Shown here piece after piece: positions 1 through 9,305 of a DNA stretch of 64,000 nt (positions are counted from its first letter, which is position 1; each line of letters starts with the position of its first letter). A model generated the notes under the pieces. The model saw nothing but the letters and a program-made list of their open reading frames with translations, ran no database searches and was not told the DNA's origin. The position numbers and the translations under genes were made by a program. The stretch covers positions 119,147 through 183,146 of the forward strand of contig CAWDPX010000015.1 in NCBI GenBank assembly GCA_963804345.1. The letters are read 5' to 3'. The stretch comes from an uncultured Verrucomicrobiae bacterium. Its GTDB lineage: Bacteria; Verrucomicrobiota; Verrucomicrobiia; Limisphaerales; UBA11358.

Positions 1-804
1 CCACTCCTGCGTAAACTCCAAGGAAAGTTTTTTGCCATGTTTCACTGGCCGAACATTTGTAGTCCCTGGGACAATCGTTCCGAGAATCTCACAAAGCCGC
101 TTTAGATCGCTATCGTAGTCGCGTGAGAGAACTTGAAGCACGCTGGCGGCATTACTCCCGTCACTCTTCAAATTCGTCCCAACATCCGGTTCCTGCATCT
201 CGCGAACCTGAGAGGGTTCGATTGAATAAACACGCATTAGTGATAAGCCCTTCAGCACGGGCGCAAACTCTTTGGTGCCACCAACAACCGGTAATGCGAG
301 AGCTTGCGGGTCCAAGGACGGAACCAGTCCCCCGATACTGGATTGAAAGCCTTGATCCCCACGATCAAACCAAGCGACTTCGGTTCGGCTCACAATGCGA
401 CATTGTTCGCGGACCACCTGAAATCCATAATTAGGAAGGGCCTTAATCTCGAAGGCATAGTGCCCGCTGATCGGTGTCCCGTTGGAGAATTGAAACTCAA
501 CCCCAATGCCTAAATTAGGCGGATAACTGCGACTCCCAGAACGGTGGCGCACGATGCTGATGCCACCACGTTTGTCGAACACCGCCTGAAGCGGCAAGGC
601 CATGCACTCGCTTAAAAAAGCAAAAGCGTCCACGACATTGCTTTTGCCCGCCCCGTTCTTACCAACCAGAAACGTCGGGTTCGACAGGTCAACTGCCTCA
701 GCGGGCACGCTGCGGAACCGCTTCAAAATCAATCTGCGTATGCGTATCGGAAGCTCTGCCATTTGGGAAACATTAACCGAGCGCCTTGAACTTGACGACT
801 TCAT
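1..804 (-). CDS. AAA-family ATPase (SMC/RecF-like head, AAA_21/COG4637-like); C-terminal part lies outside the window
   Basis: Own translation of the minus strand from ATG 804 (alternative ATG 762) gives ..MAELPIRIRRLILKRFRSVPAEAVDLSNPTFLVGKNGAGKSNVVDAFAFLSECMALPLQAVFDKRGG.. with Walker A GKNGAGKS. The frame stays open to position 1. The start overlaps the methylase stop (ATGA). It is absent from the ORF track because the window edge cuts it. Confidence 0.6.
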   Translation of the reverse strand, partial: MKSSSSRRSVNVSQMAELPIRIRRLILKRFRSVPAEAVDLSNPTFLVGKNGAGKSNVVDAFAFLSECMALPLQAVFDKRGGISIVRHRSGSRSYPPNLGIGVEFQFSNGTPISGHYAFEIKALPNYGFQVVREQCRIVSRTEVAWFDRGDQGFQSSIGGLVPSLDPQALALPVVGGTKEFAPVLKGLSLMRVYSIEPSQVREMQEPDVGTNLKSDGSNAASVLQVLSRDYDSDLKRLCEILGTIVPGTTNVRPVKHGKKLSLEFTQEW

Positions 805-3800
805 TTTATTCCCCTCATCGCAGCCTGCACGCCTTCGAGCATACGGCGCTCATCGCTGCCATCTGGGTAAAGGGCGTTCAAGGCGAGGGCGAGTCTTTCA
901 AAGCGTTTGCTTTGGCGCAACTCTGTTTCCAACACCTGACGTAAGAGCGTGCTGCGACCGAGACCGAATAAGAGCATGGCGCGATGCAGACGGTCGAGTG
1001 TCGTGAACTCGACTTCAGTGGTCGCCTTGCCGGGCACGGGCTTCGACTTCTGGCCGCGCTTGGGCTTGGACATCAACGCCGCTTCTTCGCGGCGTTGCGT
1101 GGCCAGGCCGAGTTCAAGCTGTTTCACATCTTCAAGCGTGATTTCGATGCCGGGGCGCGTGGCGGCTTCGCCGAGCAACTGTTCGCTGCGCTCGCGCACG
1201 GGCAGCAGGCGCACGATGCCTTTCTCGATCTCGATGACGCGGTGTTCCAGCGTGGGATAATGAATCCCCATCGGGCGCGTGATGCGGATGAACGTGTCGA
1301 ACGGCATCGAGAACCCGGCCTTGGCCTTTTTCGGCTTCGACTCGTCCTCGTCGTTCTCGGCCTCATCCTCGGCTTCGACGGCGGTTTGGCTTTGCCGTTG
1401 CCGTTGCCGTTGGCTTTCGTGGCTTGCAGCGTCCAGAGGAACAACGCCGTCATACGCGAATCTTCCTCGAAACCTTCCGCTGATGCCTCGCCGGAAGGCG
1501 CGTCGCCGAGCACTTGGCGCAGGGCTTCCTTGGAAAGCGTCTCGAAAACGTAGGCGAGGAAACCGCGCTGCTCTGGCTCAATGGCATCTGGGTCGCCGCC
1601 GAGCGGCACTTCGCGGTCGGCGGCGGTGAGCACTTTCTCGTAACGGCTGTAAGATTCCAGCGCCGGGCCGAGGCAGGAGAAGATGGCGTCCGCGCCGCGA
1701 ACCCCGTGCTTGACCAGCGTGGGCAGCCATTCCCGAATCCGCTTTTCCATCGCCGCCTTCACTTCCGTCCAATCGCCAACACCCGCGTCGGCAGGGCGCG
1801 GGCGGCAAACAAGGTGAACGCTCCCGGTTAGCGCGGCAGAATCACGAGCGCGAAGGCGCGATGCCATTTCAGTATTGATCGGCCACGATGCGGTGATCGC
1901 CCAGCCTCCGCGAATCATTCCAGAAAGCAACGCCTCCCAGCCTTCAGTAGTCTTGTGCGCGAAAACAACGCATCCAATGCCTTCAGATTTTATCACCCTT
2001 CGTCCTTCTGCGAAAGCCTCCGCCATTCCTGTGAAGAAGAAATCAGCGTCTTTAGGTTTTGATTTCTCATCCACCGCCGTCGTGACGGTCAGCTTCTCTA
2101 GCTTTTGGAGTGAGTGTGTTTGTGGCGTCGGAAGGGTCACGCAGTTGCGGATGGCCCGGCAGAACTCGCTTCAACCAAACAAAAAAGAAATCCGACAAAT
2201 CGGCATACGCTACGTTGTCCCAATAGGGAGGGTCGGTGAACCAGACCGTGGCGGTCGCATCAGGCAATGGCGATTTCGTCGCATCAGCTAACCTCACCTG
2301 CCCGACTGTCGAGGTCCGGCTAGATTCTACGACTTCAGAAAGTAACGTGTAGCCACTCTTGAAATTGCCAGGGCAGTTCGCGAATGGTTGAACCTCTGCA
2401 AAATCCCATACCATCGGGAACGCTTGCCTCCCGAAACCATGTTGAATTTTTTCTCCGTATGCGTTCCAGTCTTGTGAATGTCATGTTGCTCATTGCGAGC
2501 CGGTCGAGTGCAACAGCCATGAGTTCGGCGACTGCCGAAGACCCCGTGGAATCACGGCCGGTAATTCCCGAAGCAGCGCCGCGAGCTTTGCTAACGTTAG
2601 TTTCTGCCGGGCTGTAAAGAAATCTCCCCAATTATCCATTCCATAGATGCGGGGCGATGCGACGGCGCGAGTGTCCGTGCTGCCAAGGAGAAGGTTCGCT
2701 GGGCACCAAGTCGGCAGGTAATCGGCGCAACATTCGAGAAGCGGCATAAACAGCATCGATAGTCCTTTTTTGCAGCTATGCGAAATTGACCCGTCCGGGT
2801 TGGTCCTCTCGAACTGAAATGACGGCAATCAGTCTTGCACCACCAATTCGTCTTCTGTTTTCGTCGAATACAACATCAGCTCCGCCCCTCTGTTTTGAGA
2901 GTTGACTACGCACGCGAGCAGCCGGCAATACGACGTTACAACATGGGCACGTAGCGTTTGCTCTGCTGACAGTGGCGGCAGGAACAGCCTCATCGCCTTT
3001 TGGCTCAAACACCTCAAATCGGATTTCAGGTGTCTTGGTTGACTCCCTGATTATTTCATAGCGAAGTGCCTGTTTTGTTTTCGACTTTTTGCTAAACCAG
3101 AATGACCGCATGAAGGGAATTTCCGCGCCGCAGCCGATGCCTTCGCAGCGCACTGTCCGCGCCCAAAGGTAGGCGATGGGGCGGCTGCCGTCCGGTTCGG
3201 GCGGATAGAATTGCGCGAGTTCCTTTTCCGCCGCCGCCTTCACCTGCTTGCCGACGTGCCGCACCGCATCGGCGAGGCCGTGAACGACAATTTCTTTGCC
3301 CTTGTCGTCCGCCAGCTTGAACTCCGCGTTGCCGTAGCGCGGGATGTCTTCGAGCAGCGTCTTGAGAATGAGGCAGGCGACGGGATTGAGGTCGCTGGCA
3401 AAGGCTTCGCAGCCGAGCCGCAGGGCTTCGAGAGGAATTGAGCCGCCGCCGGAAAACGGGTCAACGACGACGGGCGTTTCTTCGGGATGCGCGGCTTTGA
3501 CGAGTCCCCGGCCAATTTCCAGATACAGGGCGTTGGCCGCGTGATCCCAGTTGGCGAACTCGCCGATGAATTTCAGGAGCAGTTCGCGCAGTTCCTCGTC
3601 GGATTTGCTGCGCTGTGCCATAACGCTTGGCGAGGAGTGCCCGCGCCGTGGTTTTGAAATCCGCCGGACAATCCCGGTCGCACGGGTCGGGCAGGAGCAA
3701 TCCGAGCAGAACCGACCGGCAGGCCGCCAGCGGTCGCCGCGCCCACCACAGATGAACATGTGGAGATGTGTCCTTTCGGGCGTAGATTTCTCCCTCGCCG

Positions 3801-3867
3801 AGTGTTCGCTGACCGCCGCGATGGGGAAATCAACTTCGATGAGGCGTTTGCAGGTGGAGGGGATCAA
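801..3867 (-). pseudogene. DUF1156/COG1743-type N6-adenine DNA methyltransferase with Zn ribbon, broken by at least seven frame changes
   Basis: Consecutive parts of one roughly 1020-aa enzyme are spread over ORFs 2776..3867, 2490..2828, 2335..2631, 2067..2414, 1124..2140 and 801..1307. Recognisable pieces: EVDFPIAAVSEHSARE (DUF1156 start); HVHLWWARRPLAACRSVLL, readable only in a second frame between about 3790 and 3615; motif I VVDPFSGGGSIPLEA; Cys-rich ribbon CEGIGCG..CPCC; YGMDNWGDFFTARQ; motif IV WFTDPPYWDNVAYADLSDFF; ASWPINTE. Confidence 0.75.
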
Positions 3868-3869
3868 GG

Positions 3870-3905
3870 GATTTATGATTTACGATTGGCGATTTACGAT
3901 TTGCG
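3870..3905. repeat. Simple tandem repeat (GATTTAYGATT units) between the NYN gene and the methylase
   Basis: Direct reading: gatttatgatttacgattggcgatttacgatttgcg. Confidence 0.7.
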
Positions 3906-3910
3906 CGTGG

Positions 3911-4543
3911 TCACGACTTTTTCTTGGGGCGGTAGTCGCGTGGATCAAGGCAGGCGTCGTAGGTGGCGCGGTCAATTTTGATCCAGTCGGTGCCGTTGAT
4001 GCCGCGACGGTTCGGACTGGCGGGGCTGAACGGGAACGCCGACGCCATTTTTATCCACCGGCCTTGCTGTGCCGCAATCTGGCGGATTTCGTCCGCAACT
4101 TCGGAGAGGTCCTGGTCCTGGCTGAACACGAGGGCCACGTCATAGGCTCGCTGGTGGGCAAGGCTGATGACATCAATGGCCAGGCGCACGTCCACTCCCT
4201 TTTCCTGTCCGACCACCGCCGAATGAGTTGTTCCGTCGGGGAGACGGATGGTTTGGAGCCGGTAGCGGAGCGGGCGGGAGAAAGCGTGAACGCCGTCACG
4301 AGTGAGTTGGAGGAGCTTCGCCTGCCAGAAATGGTTCCAGAACGCATTGTCATCGGCGGACGGAAAGCCGGTGTAAAATCGAGCTTGGACGAATTGCCAA
4401 CCTTGAATCTGGCAGAGACGCGCTGCCAGCGCCTTTGGGTCGCAGTTGGGATGTGTGTAGCCAAAAGCGGTCTTGGCCGCGTAAAACAGGTTTTGGCCGT
4501 CAACGAAGGCGACCGCACGTTTGATGGCAGGTTCAGCGGGCAC
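3911..4543 (-). CDS. NYN-domain (LabA/DUF88-like, PIN-fold RNase) protein
   Basis: 210-aa ORF. KRAVAFVDGQNLFYAAK.. and ..EKGVDVRLAIDVISLA..DVALVFSQDQDLSEV.. match the NYN acidic-residue pattern. GTG start with GGAG 7 nt upstream. Confidence 0.7.
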   Translation of the reverse strand: MPAEPAIKRAVAFVDGQNLFYAAKTAFGYTHPNCDPKALAARLCQIQGWQFVQARFYTGFPSADDNAFWNHFWQAKLLQLTRDGVHAFSRPLRYRLQTIRLPDGTTHSAVVGQEKGVDVRLAIDVISLAHQRAYDVALVFSQDQDLSEVADEIRQIAAQQGRWIKMASAFPFSPASPNRRGINGTDWIKIDRATYDACLDPRDYRPKKKS

Positions 4544-4563
4544 GGGTCATCTCCTTTCGGATG

Positions 4564-4605
4564 AAAAAATAACCCCGTCCGGGCCTTTCGGCGTGTCGAA
4601 CGGGG
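4564..4605 (-). terminator. Intrinsic-terminator-like hairpin plus U-run inside the 5' leader of the NYN gene (possible attenuator)
   Basis: The minus strand reads CCCCGTTCG-acacgccgaaaggcc-CGGACGGGG followed by TTATTTTTT. It lies downstream of the promoter at 4641-4668 and just upstream of the RBS and GTG at 4543. Confidence 0.5.
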
Positions 4606-4640
4606 AGTAGATAAAATCGGTTATTGTTGCGCTGTAATTA

Positions 4641-4668
4641 ACTATAGCAAGTTGCCTGCCGGTGTCAA
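4641..4668 (-). promoter_or_regulatory. Near-consensus sigma70-type promoter driving the NYN/methylase/ATPase genes
   Basis: Minus strand TTGACA (4668-4663), 16-nt spacer, TATAGT (4646-4641). It sits 25 nt downstream of the helicase stop. Confidence 0.55.
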
Positions 4669-4692
4669 TGGCCAAAACCCTTTCAAAACCCT

Positions 4693-7600
4693 TCATTTTC
4701 CACCTCCATAGGGCGGTGCATCTTCCTTTAACACCACCGGCTGTGTCATCGCGTTCACGTCAAGCCGGTAATGCTCGACCTTCTTGACCTCGTGCCACGG
4801 AAAACGTGCCGGGTCTTTGATTGGGTCTTCCAACTTCGGGGTCGTGTCGCAATGCGTGACGATGTAGAGCCAGTAGAGGTCGCGCCGGTCTCCGGCGATG
4901 CGCTTCTCGTTTGGCGACAGGAAAATGGTGCCGGTCGCCGCGCCGATGCCTTTGACTTCAATCAACCTGAGTTCGCCGGACACGCGATGCAGGCTGCGGA
5001 GGTCGAAGCCGAGGTTCTGGTCCTGCACGTCTTCAATCTTGCAGCCGCGTGCCTGCTCGTAAGCAATGACGGCGGCGATGGCTTTGCGCTCGGTTTCGCG
5101 GTCGGTCTTGAGATTCGTGTGGGCAGGGACATTCCGTTCCGGGTGCGGCAGCACGAGCGCCACGCCGATGCGTTCGACGCCCTGCAATGAAAGTGAACGC
5201 TGGCGTGCGAGGTCGCCAAGGCGCAGGTCACGGCGGCGTTGGAGGTCTTGAACCTTCTGCGCTTCAAGTTCGGCCAGACCCGTGGCCGTGGGGTCGCCTT
5301 TGTCCTGGGCGAGCAGATGTTTGGCAAGCACGGCGTCGCGTTTGGCGATGAGTTCCTCGAAACAAGTGCGGACGCTGCGTTCGATGAGATTGAGTTCGTG
5401 TTCGCGTTCGCCGGCAATTTCCGTGAGAAACGGTTGGAGCGCCTTCTCAAACAGGAATGTCTGCGTGCGCGTGTCATCGCTGGTCACGTTCGGCAGGAGT
5501 TGCGGCGGTTTCTCCGGGGCGATCAGGTCGAGCAGATAAGCCGGGTCGCGCAGGCGGCGGGTGCCGTCCGAATTGGTTTCCACCAGAAACAGGCGGCGGT
5601 GAAGAACGTTGCCGACACCATCGGTCACACCGGCGATAAACAATTCCAGCAGCGCGGGTTGTTCGCGTTCCAGTTCGTAGAAGACCGCGCCCTGACGAAG
5701 CTGGGGTTGCGTGTGCTCCCAAACCTGACGGCGCACGGCCTCAAACAGCGCGTGACCGGGCGTGACCCATTCAAGGCGGGCATCTGCTTCCAGCGTGCTG
5801 CGCTCGAAACAAATGCGGTCGTAACTGCGGGCCAAAGCCGGCAGCCGCCAATCTTTGGCGCGGCACTGGTCGTAAAGCCGCGTGGGAACTTTGCCGACGG
5901 TGAAGGCGCGTTGGATGTTTTTGATCGGGGTGAGCGGCAGGCCGACTTCACCTGCGCCAATCTCGAAGAAGCGGGCGACAGTCTCCGGCACGATGCGCCG
6001 CTCCTGCGCCATTGCGCGGCGTTCGACAAGCATCGGCAGGTTCAGGCTTTTCTTGGCCAAACCTTCAAGCGCCGACTGACAAATTTTGCGGAAGTCCTCT
6101 TCGCGCACTTCAACTTCAAGCCGGGCTTCAATGTCGTCGGCACTCATTTTGCCGGAGTAGAAATCGCGGAGGAAACGCTCGATTTGATTCGACGGCAACA
6201 CTTCGCCCACGACATTGAACACGGCGTCGTCGTCCAGCGCGTCCCGGATAAGCTGGAGCTTCTCCATCAATTTGTGAAGAACACGGCCTTCGACGGTATT
6301 TTGCGCGAAGAAATTGAAGATGAGGCAATCCTTGGTTTGGCCGTAACGGTGTATGCGACCCATGCGCTGTTCGAGCCGGTTTGGATTCCACGGAATATCG
6401 TAGTTGAACAGGACATGGCAGCATTGGAGATTGATGCCTTCGCCCGCCGCCTCTGTTGCCACGAGGACTTGCGTTTTCAAATCCCAGAAGTTGCGCTCGG
6501 CCCAAAGACGCGTGCCCTCCTCATCGCGGCGTCCGGGCTTCATGCTGCCGTGAATCTGGCCGACCGTAAGACCCCATGACTTCAACTTCGCCACAAGGTA
6601 ATCGAGGGTGTCTTTGTATTCCGTGAACAGCAGCAAACGAAGTTCCTTGTCGGCGAAGATGCCACGCTCGGTGAGTTGCTCCTTGAGCGTGCGGAGCTTG
6701 ATCTCATGGCCACCGTCTTCGACACGCTGCGCTTGCGTTATGAGTTCGGCGATTTCTTTGAGTTCCTGCTCAAGGTCGGGCTTGCGCCGGGCGAGCGTGG
6801 CGCGTTCGAGTTCGCGCTCCTTCATCTCGCGCTCGGCGTCGTCCATTTCCTCCCATTCATCTTCGGAGGGAACGTCCGGCATCGGGATTTCGCCAAGCTG
6901 GTTGGCCGTTTCTAAAAGTTCCTTGAGTGCCTTCTGACGGCGCATGAGCGACTGTTTCAGCGAATAGGTGGAACTGGCCATCCGGCGCTGATACATCGCC
7001 ATGATAAAACCCACGGCGCGGGCGCGACGTTCGTCTCCTGCTTCAGCGGCGCGGGCTGACTGGCGTTGAACGTAGTGCGTAACCGCCTTGTAAAGTTCCA
7101 TCTCATCGCCTTCAAGATTGAACGCGACAGTTTGCGGGATGCGCTTCGTGAACAGCTTTTCCGCTTTCCAGGTGCCGTCGGTCTGCGGCTTGGGGAAATT
7201 CAGCATGACCTCTTTCGTGCGCCGCAGGTAGCAGGCGGCTTCACGGCGCTCCATCGCATCGTGGATGGATTTCACGTCGGCATACGCTTCCTGGTCGAGA
7301 AGTTGAAGGAACAACGAAAAGTTCACCGGGTCGCCCTTGTGCGGTGTCGCGGTGAGCAGCAGAAAGTGCGATGTCTTCTCGCGAAGGAGTTCGCCCAGCC
7401 GATACCGCTCGCTCTTGTGTTCTGAATCGCGTGCTGACATGCGGTGGGCTTCGTCCACGATGACCAAATCCCAGTCTTCGGCCTGGCGGACACTCGGCAG
7501 GATTTCCTCGCGCTTTGCCAAGTCCATCGAAGTGATGAGTTGTGGCTTTTCATTCCACATATTCACGCCGTATTGGACGCGAAGGTCGGCTCCGCGTAGG

Positions 7601-8145
7601 ATATGGAACGATTCCTGAAAACGGTCGGCCATTTCGCGCTGCCACTGGAAGGCAAGGTTCGCCGGGCAGATAATGAGTACGCGCTCGACCAGCCCGCGCA
7701 ATTTGAGTTCCTTGAGCAGCAGCCCGGCCATGATGGTCTTGCCCGCGCCCGCGTCATCGGCGAGGAGAAACCGGCAACGAGCAGATTTCAACAGGTGGTT
7801 GTAAACAGCGTCGAGTTGGTGCGGCAACGGGTCAACCCGCGAAATGGACAAACCAAAAAACGGATCATATTCCTGTGCCAGCGAAATGCGGAGGGCTTCG
7901 AGACCGAGCTTGACGAGTTTTGGCTTTGCCGCGAATTGTTTTTCCGGTCGCTCAATCTCGATGGATTGGAGATCGGTCTTGGTCAGCGTGACGCCGCCTC
8001 GGAAAGTCTTCGAGCGTGTGCCGACAAGGTTCACCAATACGAAACCATCGCCCACGGTGGGATTGCCAATGATCCGCATCGGCTCGCTGAACTGCGAACC
8101 GTTCAACACGACGCCATCAACGAAGTCATTGGCGGAAATGCTCAT
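4693..8145 (-). CDS. SNF2-family helicase with C-terminal DUF3883 (restriction-endonuclease-like) domain
   Basis: 1150-aa intact ORF. LPHQLDAVYN, motif I LLADDAGAGKTIMAG, motif II VIVDEAHRM, LLLTATPHKG, helicase-C GEGINLQCCHVLFNYDIPWNPNRLEQRMGRIHRYGQ. The C-terminal part ..NLGFDLRSL..LRLIEVKG..IFLSPNEKRIA..YWLYIVTHC is typical of DUF3883. Confidence 0.85.
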   Translation of the reverse strand: MSISANDFVDGVVLNGSQFSEPMRIIGNPTVGDGFVLVNLVGTRSKTFRGGVTLTKTDLQSIEIERPEKQFAAKPKLVKLGLEALRISLAQEYDPFFGLSISRVDPLPHQLDAVYNHLLKSARCRFLLADDAGAGKTIMAGLLLKELKLRGLVERVLIICPANLAFQWQREMADRFQESFHILRGADLRVQYGVNMWNEKPQLITSMDLAKREEILPSVRQAEDWDLVIVDEAHRMSARDSEHKSERYRLGELLREKTSHFLLLTATPHKGDPVNFSLFLQLLDQEAYADVKSIHDAMERREAACYLRRTKEVMLNFPKPQTDGTWKAEKLFTKRIPQTVAFNLEGDEMELYKAVTHYVQRQSARAAEAGDERRARAVGFIMAMYQRRMASSTYSLKQSLMRRQKALKELLETANQLGEIPMPDVPSEDEWEEMDDAEREMKERELERATLARRKPDLEQELKEIAELITQAQRVEDGGHEIKLRTLKEQLTERGIFADKELRLLLFTEYKDTLDYLVAKLKSWGLTVGQIHGSMKPGRRDEEGTRLWAERNFWDLKTQVLVATEAAGEGINLQCCHVLFNYDIPWNPNRLEQRMGRIHRYGQTKDCLIFNFFAQNTVEGRVLHKLMEKLQLIRDALDDDAVFNVVGEVLPSNQIERFLRDFYSGKMSADDIEARLEVEVREEDFRKICQSALEGLAKKSLNLPMLVERRAMAQERRIVPETVARFFEIGAGEVGLPLTPIKNIQRAFTVGKVPTRLYDQCRAKDWRLPALARSYDRICFERSTLEADARLEWVTPGHALFEAVRRQVWEHTQPQLRQGAVFYELEREQPALLELFIAGVTDGVGNVLHRRLFLVETNSDGTRRLRDPAYLLDLIAPEKPPQLLPNVTSDDTRTQTFLFEKALQPFLTEIAGEREHELNLIERSVRTCFEELIAKRDAVLAKHLLAQDKGDPTATGLAELEAQKVQDLQRRRDLRLGDLARQRSLSLQGVERIGVALVLPHPERNVPAHTNLKTDRETERKAIAAVIAYEQARGCKIEDVQDQNLGFDLRSLHRVSGELRLIEVKGIGAATGTIFLSPNEKRIAGDRRDLYWLYIVTHCDTTPKLEDPIKDPARFPWHEVKKVEHYRLDVNAMTQPVVLKEDAPPYGGGK

Positions 8146-8208
8146 TTGTCACAAACGGAGAAACTTGTTCGTTGAGCGTGCGTATTCTGATTTTTTCCCA
8201 TACCCATG

Positions 8209-8235
8209 CCGCGTAAAAGGCGTTGCCTCACGCGG
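8209..8235. repeat. REP-like hairpin repeat (CCGCGTAAAAGGCGTTGCCTCACGCGG)
   Basis: Self-complementary ends CCGCGT/ACGCGG. An inverted copy lies at 8705-8731 (24/27 identical) and a partial copy near 63283-63300. Confidence 0.6.
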
Positions 8236-8318
8236 CCATTATCGTAAGCCGCGGGGGAGTTTTCGCAAATGTTTTATTGCTGAATTGGAGATGGGAGTTG
8301 GTCTGAGACGCGTGAAAC

Positions 8319-8498
8319 AAAGGCTTCCGTCTTCGTTACACTTCGCCGCGACAAGCCGGCGTGGCAGGGAAGGCTCCCGCCGTCGCTACAGCTATGGCGG
8401 GCAGGAAATGCTCCCGCCTTCGTTTGACTACGGCGCGGCAAGAAAGTTTTAAGGCCGCAAAAAAGACTCCCGCCGCCACCGAGACAAATCGGCACGAC
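8319..8498. repeat. Degenerate tandem array (about four units of 40-50 bp, core GGCTCCCGCCKTCG..GGCG.GRCAAG)
   Basis: Direct reading of four successive related units. The only ORFs here overlap one another and are probably spurious. Confidence 0.55.
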
Positions 8499-8704
8499 GT
8501 ATTTCCGGCAGGTATCGGCTTCCGTTGACATTCGTGTTCTGATCCCCACGTAAACTCCGATAAATCGCGAGCACGTGGCAGACCATTTCGATCCCCAGCC
8601 CAAGCGGATTCGTCCCCATCGTAGGACGAAAACGGGGTTTGGCAATTGGGAAATCTTTCACAGAAGAAAACGAAGGAAACAAAGCATGGAAACTTCGTTC
8701 ACTG

Positions 8705-8731
8705 CCACGTGAGGCAGCGCCTTTTACGTGG
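8705..8731. repeat. REP-like hairpin repeat, inverted copy of 8209-8235
   Basis: CCACGTGAGGCAGCGCCTTTTACGTGG; its reverse complement matches 8209-8235 at 24/27. Confidence 0.6.
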
Positions 8732-8792
8732 CCTTCTGTTCAATCGTGATGTGCCGCTGGCGGGACTTGTGAATAACTTTAATAACTTGGGA

Positions 8793-8820
8793 TTGGTTTC
8801 ACGCTCCAATTGGCTAGAAT
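8793..8820 (+). promoter_or_regulatory. Candidate sigma70-type promoter for the response-regulator gene
   Basis: TTGGTT (8793-8798), 16-nt spacer, TAGAAT (8815-8820), 40 nt upstream of ATG 8860. Confidence 0.3.
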
Positions 8821-8859
8821 ATGGTTTTCTGTTCATATGACATCAGAGGTTGCGATAAA

Positions 8860-9243
8860 ATGACATCAATTGAGGCATCAAAACTGCGGATTTTAGTCGT
8901 GGATGACGAACCGGCTGTCGGCAATACCGTCAAGATGTTGCTCGAATTTGACGGGCATGAGGTGGAGACCACCAACAGCAGCCAGGAGGCACTGGGCCTG
9001 TTTGAATCAGGCCGGTTTGACCTGGTCTTCACCGACTTTGCCATGCCCGGAATGAATGGCCATCAACTGGCCGCCGCCATCAAGGCAGGTGCGCCGGAGC
9101 AGCCGATCGTAATGGTTACCGGACACGCCGGAACTCTGCTGCCGTCACCCGACGTGGATTTGGTCATTGGCAAACCCTTCCTGTTGGAAGATCTGCGGGA
9201 GGCGATTGCCAGAGTCATGCCGGAAGAAAGCCTTACCGCTTAA
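8860..9243 (+). CDS. Single-domain response regulator (CheY-like receiver)
   Basis: KLRILVVDDEPAV..FDLVFTDFAMPGMNG..PIVMVTGH..VIGKPF carries the receiver-domain D-D-K pattern. The internal ATG at 8860 in ORF 8821..9243 gives the normal N-terminus. Confidence 0.85.
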   Translation: MTSIEASKLRILVVDDEPAVGNTVKMLLEFDGHEVETTNSSQEALGLFESGRFDLVFTDFAMPGMNGHQLAAAIKAGAPEQPIVMVTGHAGTLLPSPDVDLVIGKPFLLEDLREAIARVMPEESLTA

Positions 9244-9305
9244 AAACGGCTGAAACGAAAACTTTAGCATTTAGCCTTCAGCCTTTGCTGTGTTACCGTC
9301 CGGCC

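Noticed and set aside
5239-6579. A long plus-strand ORF (446 aa). Similar long ORFs lie at 7603..8175, 9867..11033, 17087..18151, 36649..37920, 42264..43205, 47541..48830, 48734..50764, 51623..52936, 56848..58554, 59031..60608 and 61604..62470.
   Set aside because: Each lies antisense to a gene with unmistakable conserved motifs (helicase, GH28-like, GspF, pfk, pheT, transposase, adhesin, mnmA, gltB, gltD). Their translations are low-complexity and Arg/Ala/Gly-rich, which is typical of spurious ORFs in GC-rich DNA.
8319-8498. A possible CRISPR array.
   Set aside because: The units are degenerate and contiguous, with no unique spacers of regular length, and no cas genes are nearby.
8209-8731. 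A possible 520-bp MITE bounded by 27-nt terminal inverted repeats.
   Set aside because: Each 27-mer is itself a self-complementary hairpin, so its orientation is ambiguous. No target-site duplication was seen. It is more simply explained as two REP-like hairpins.
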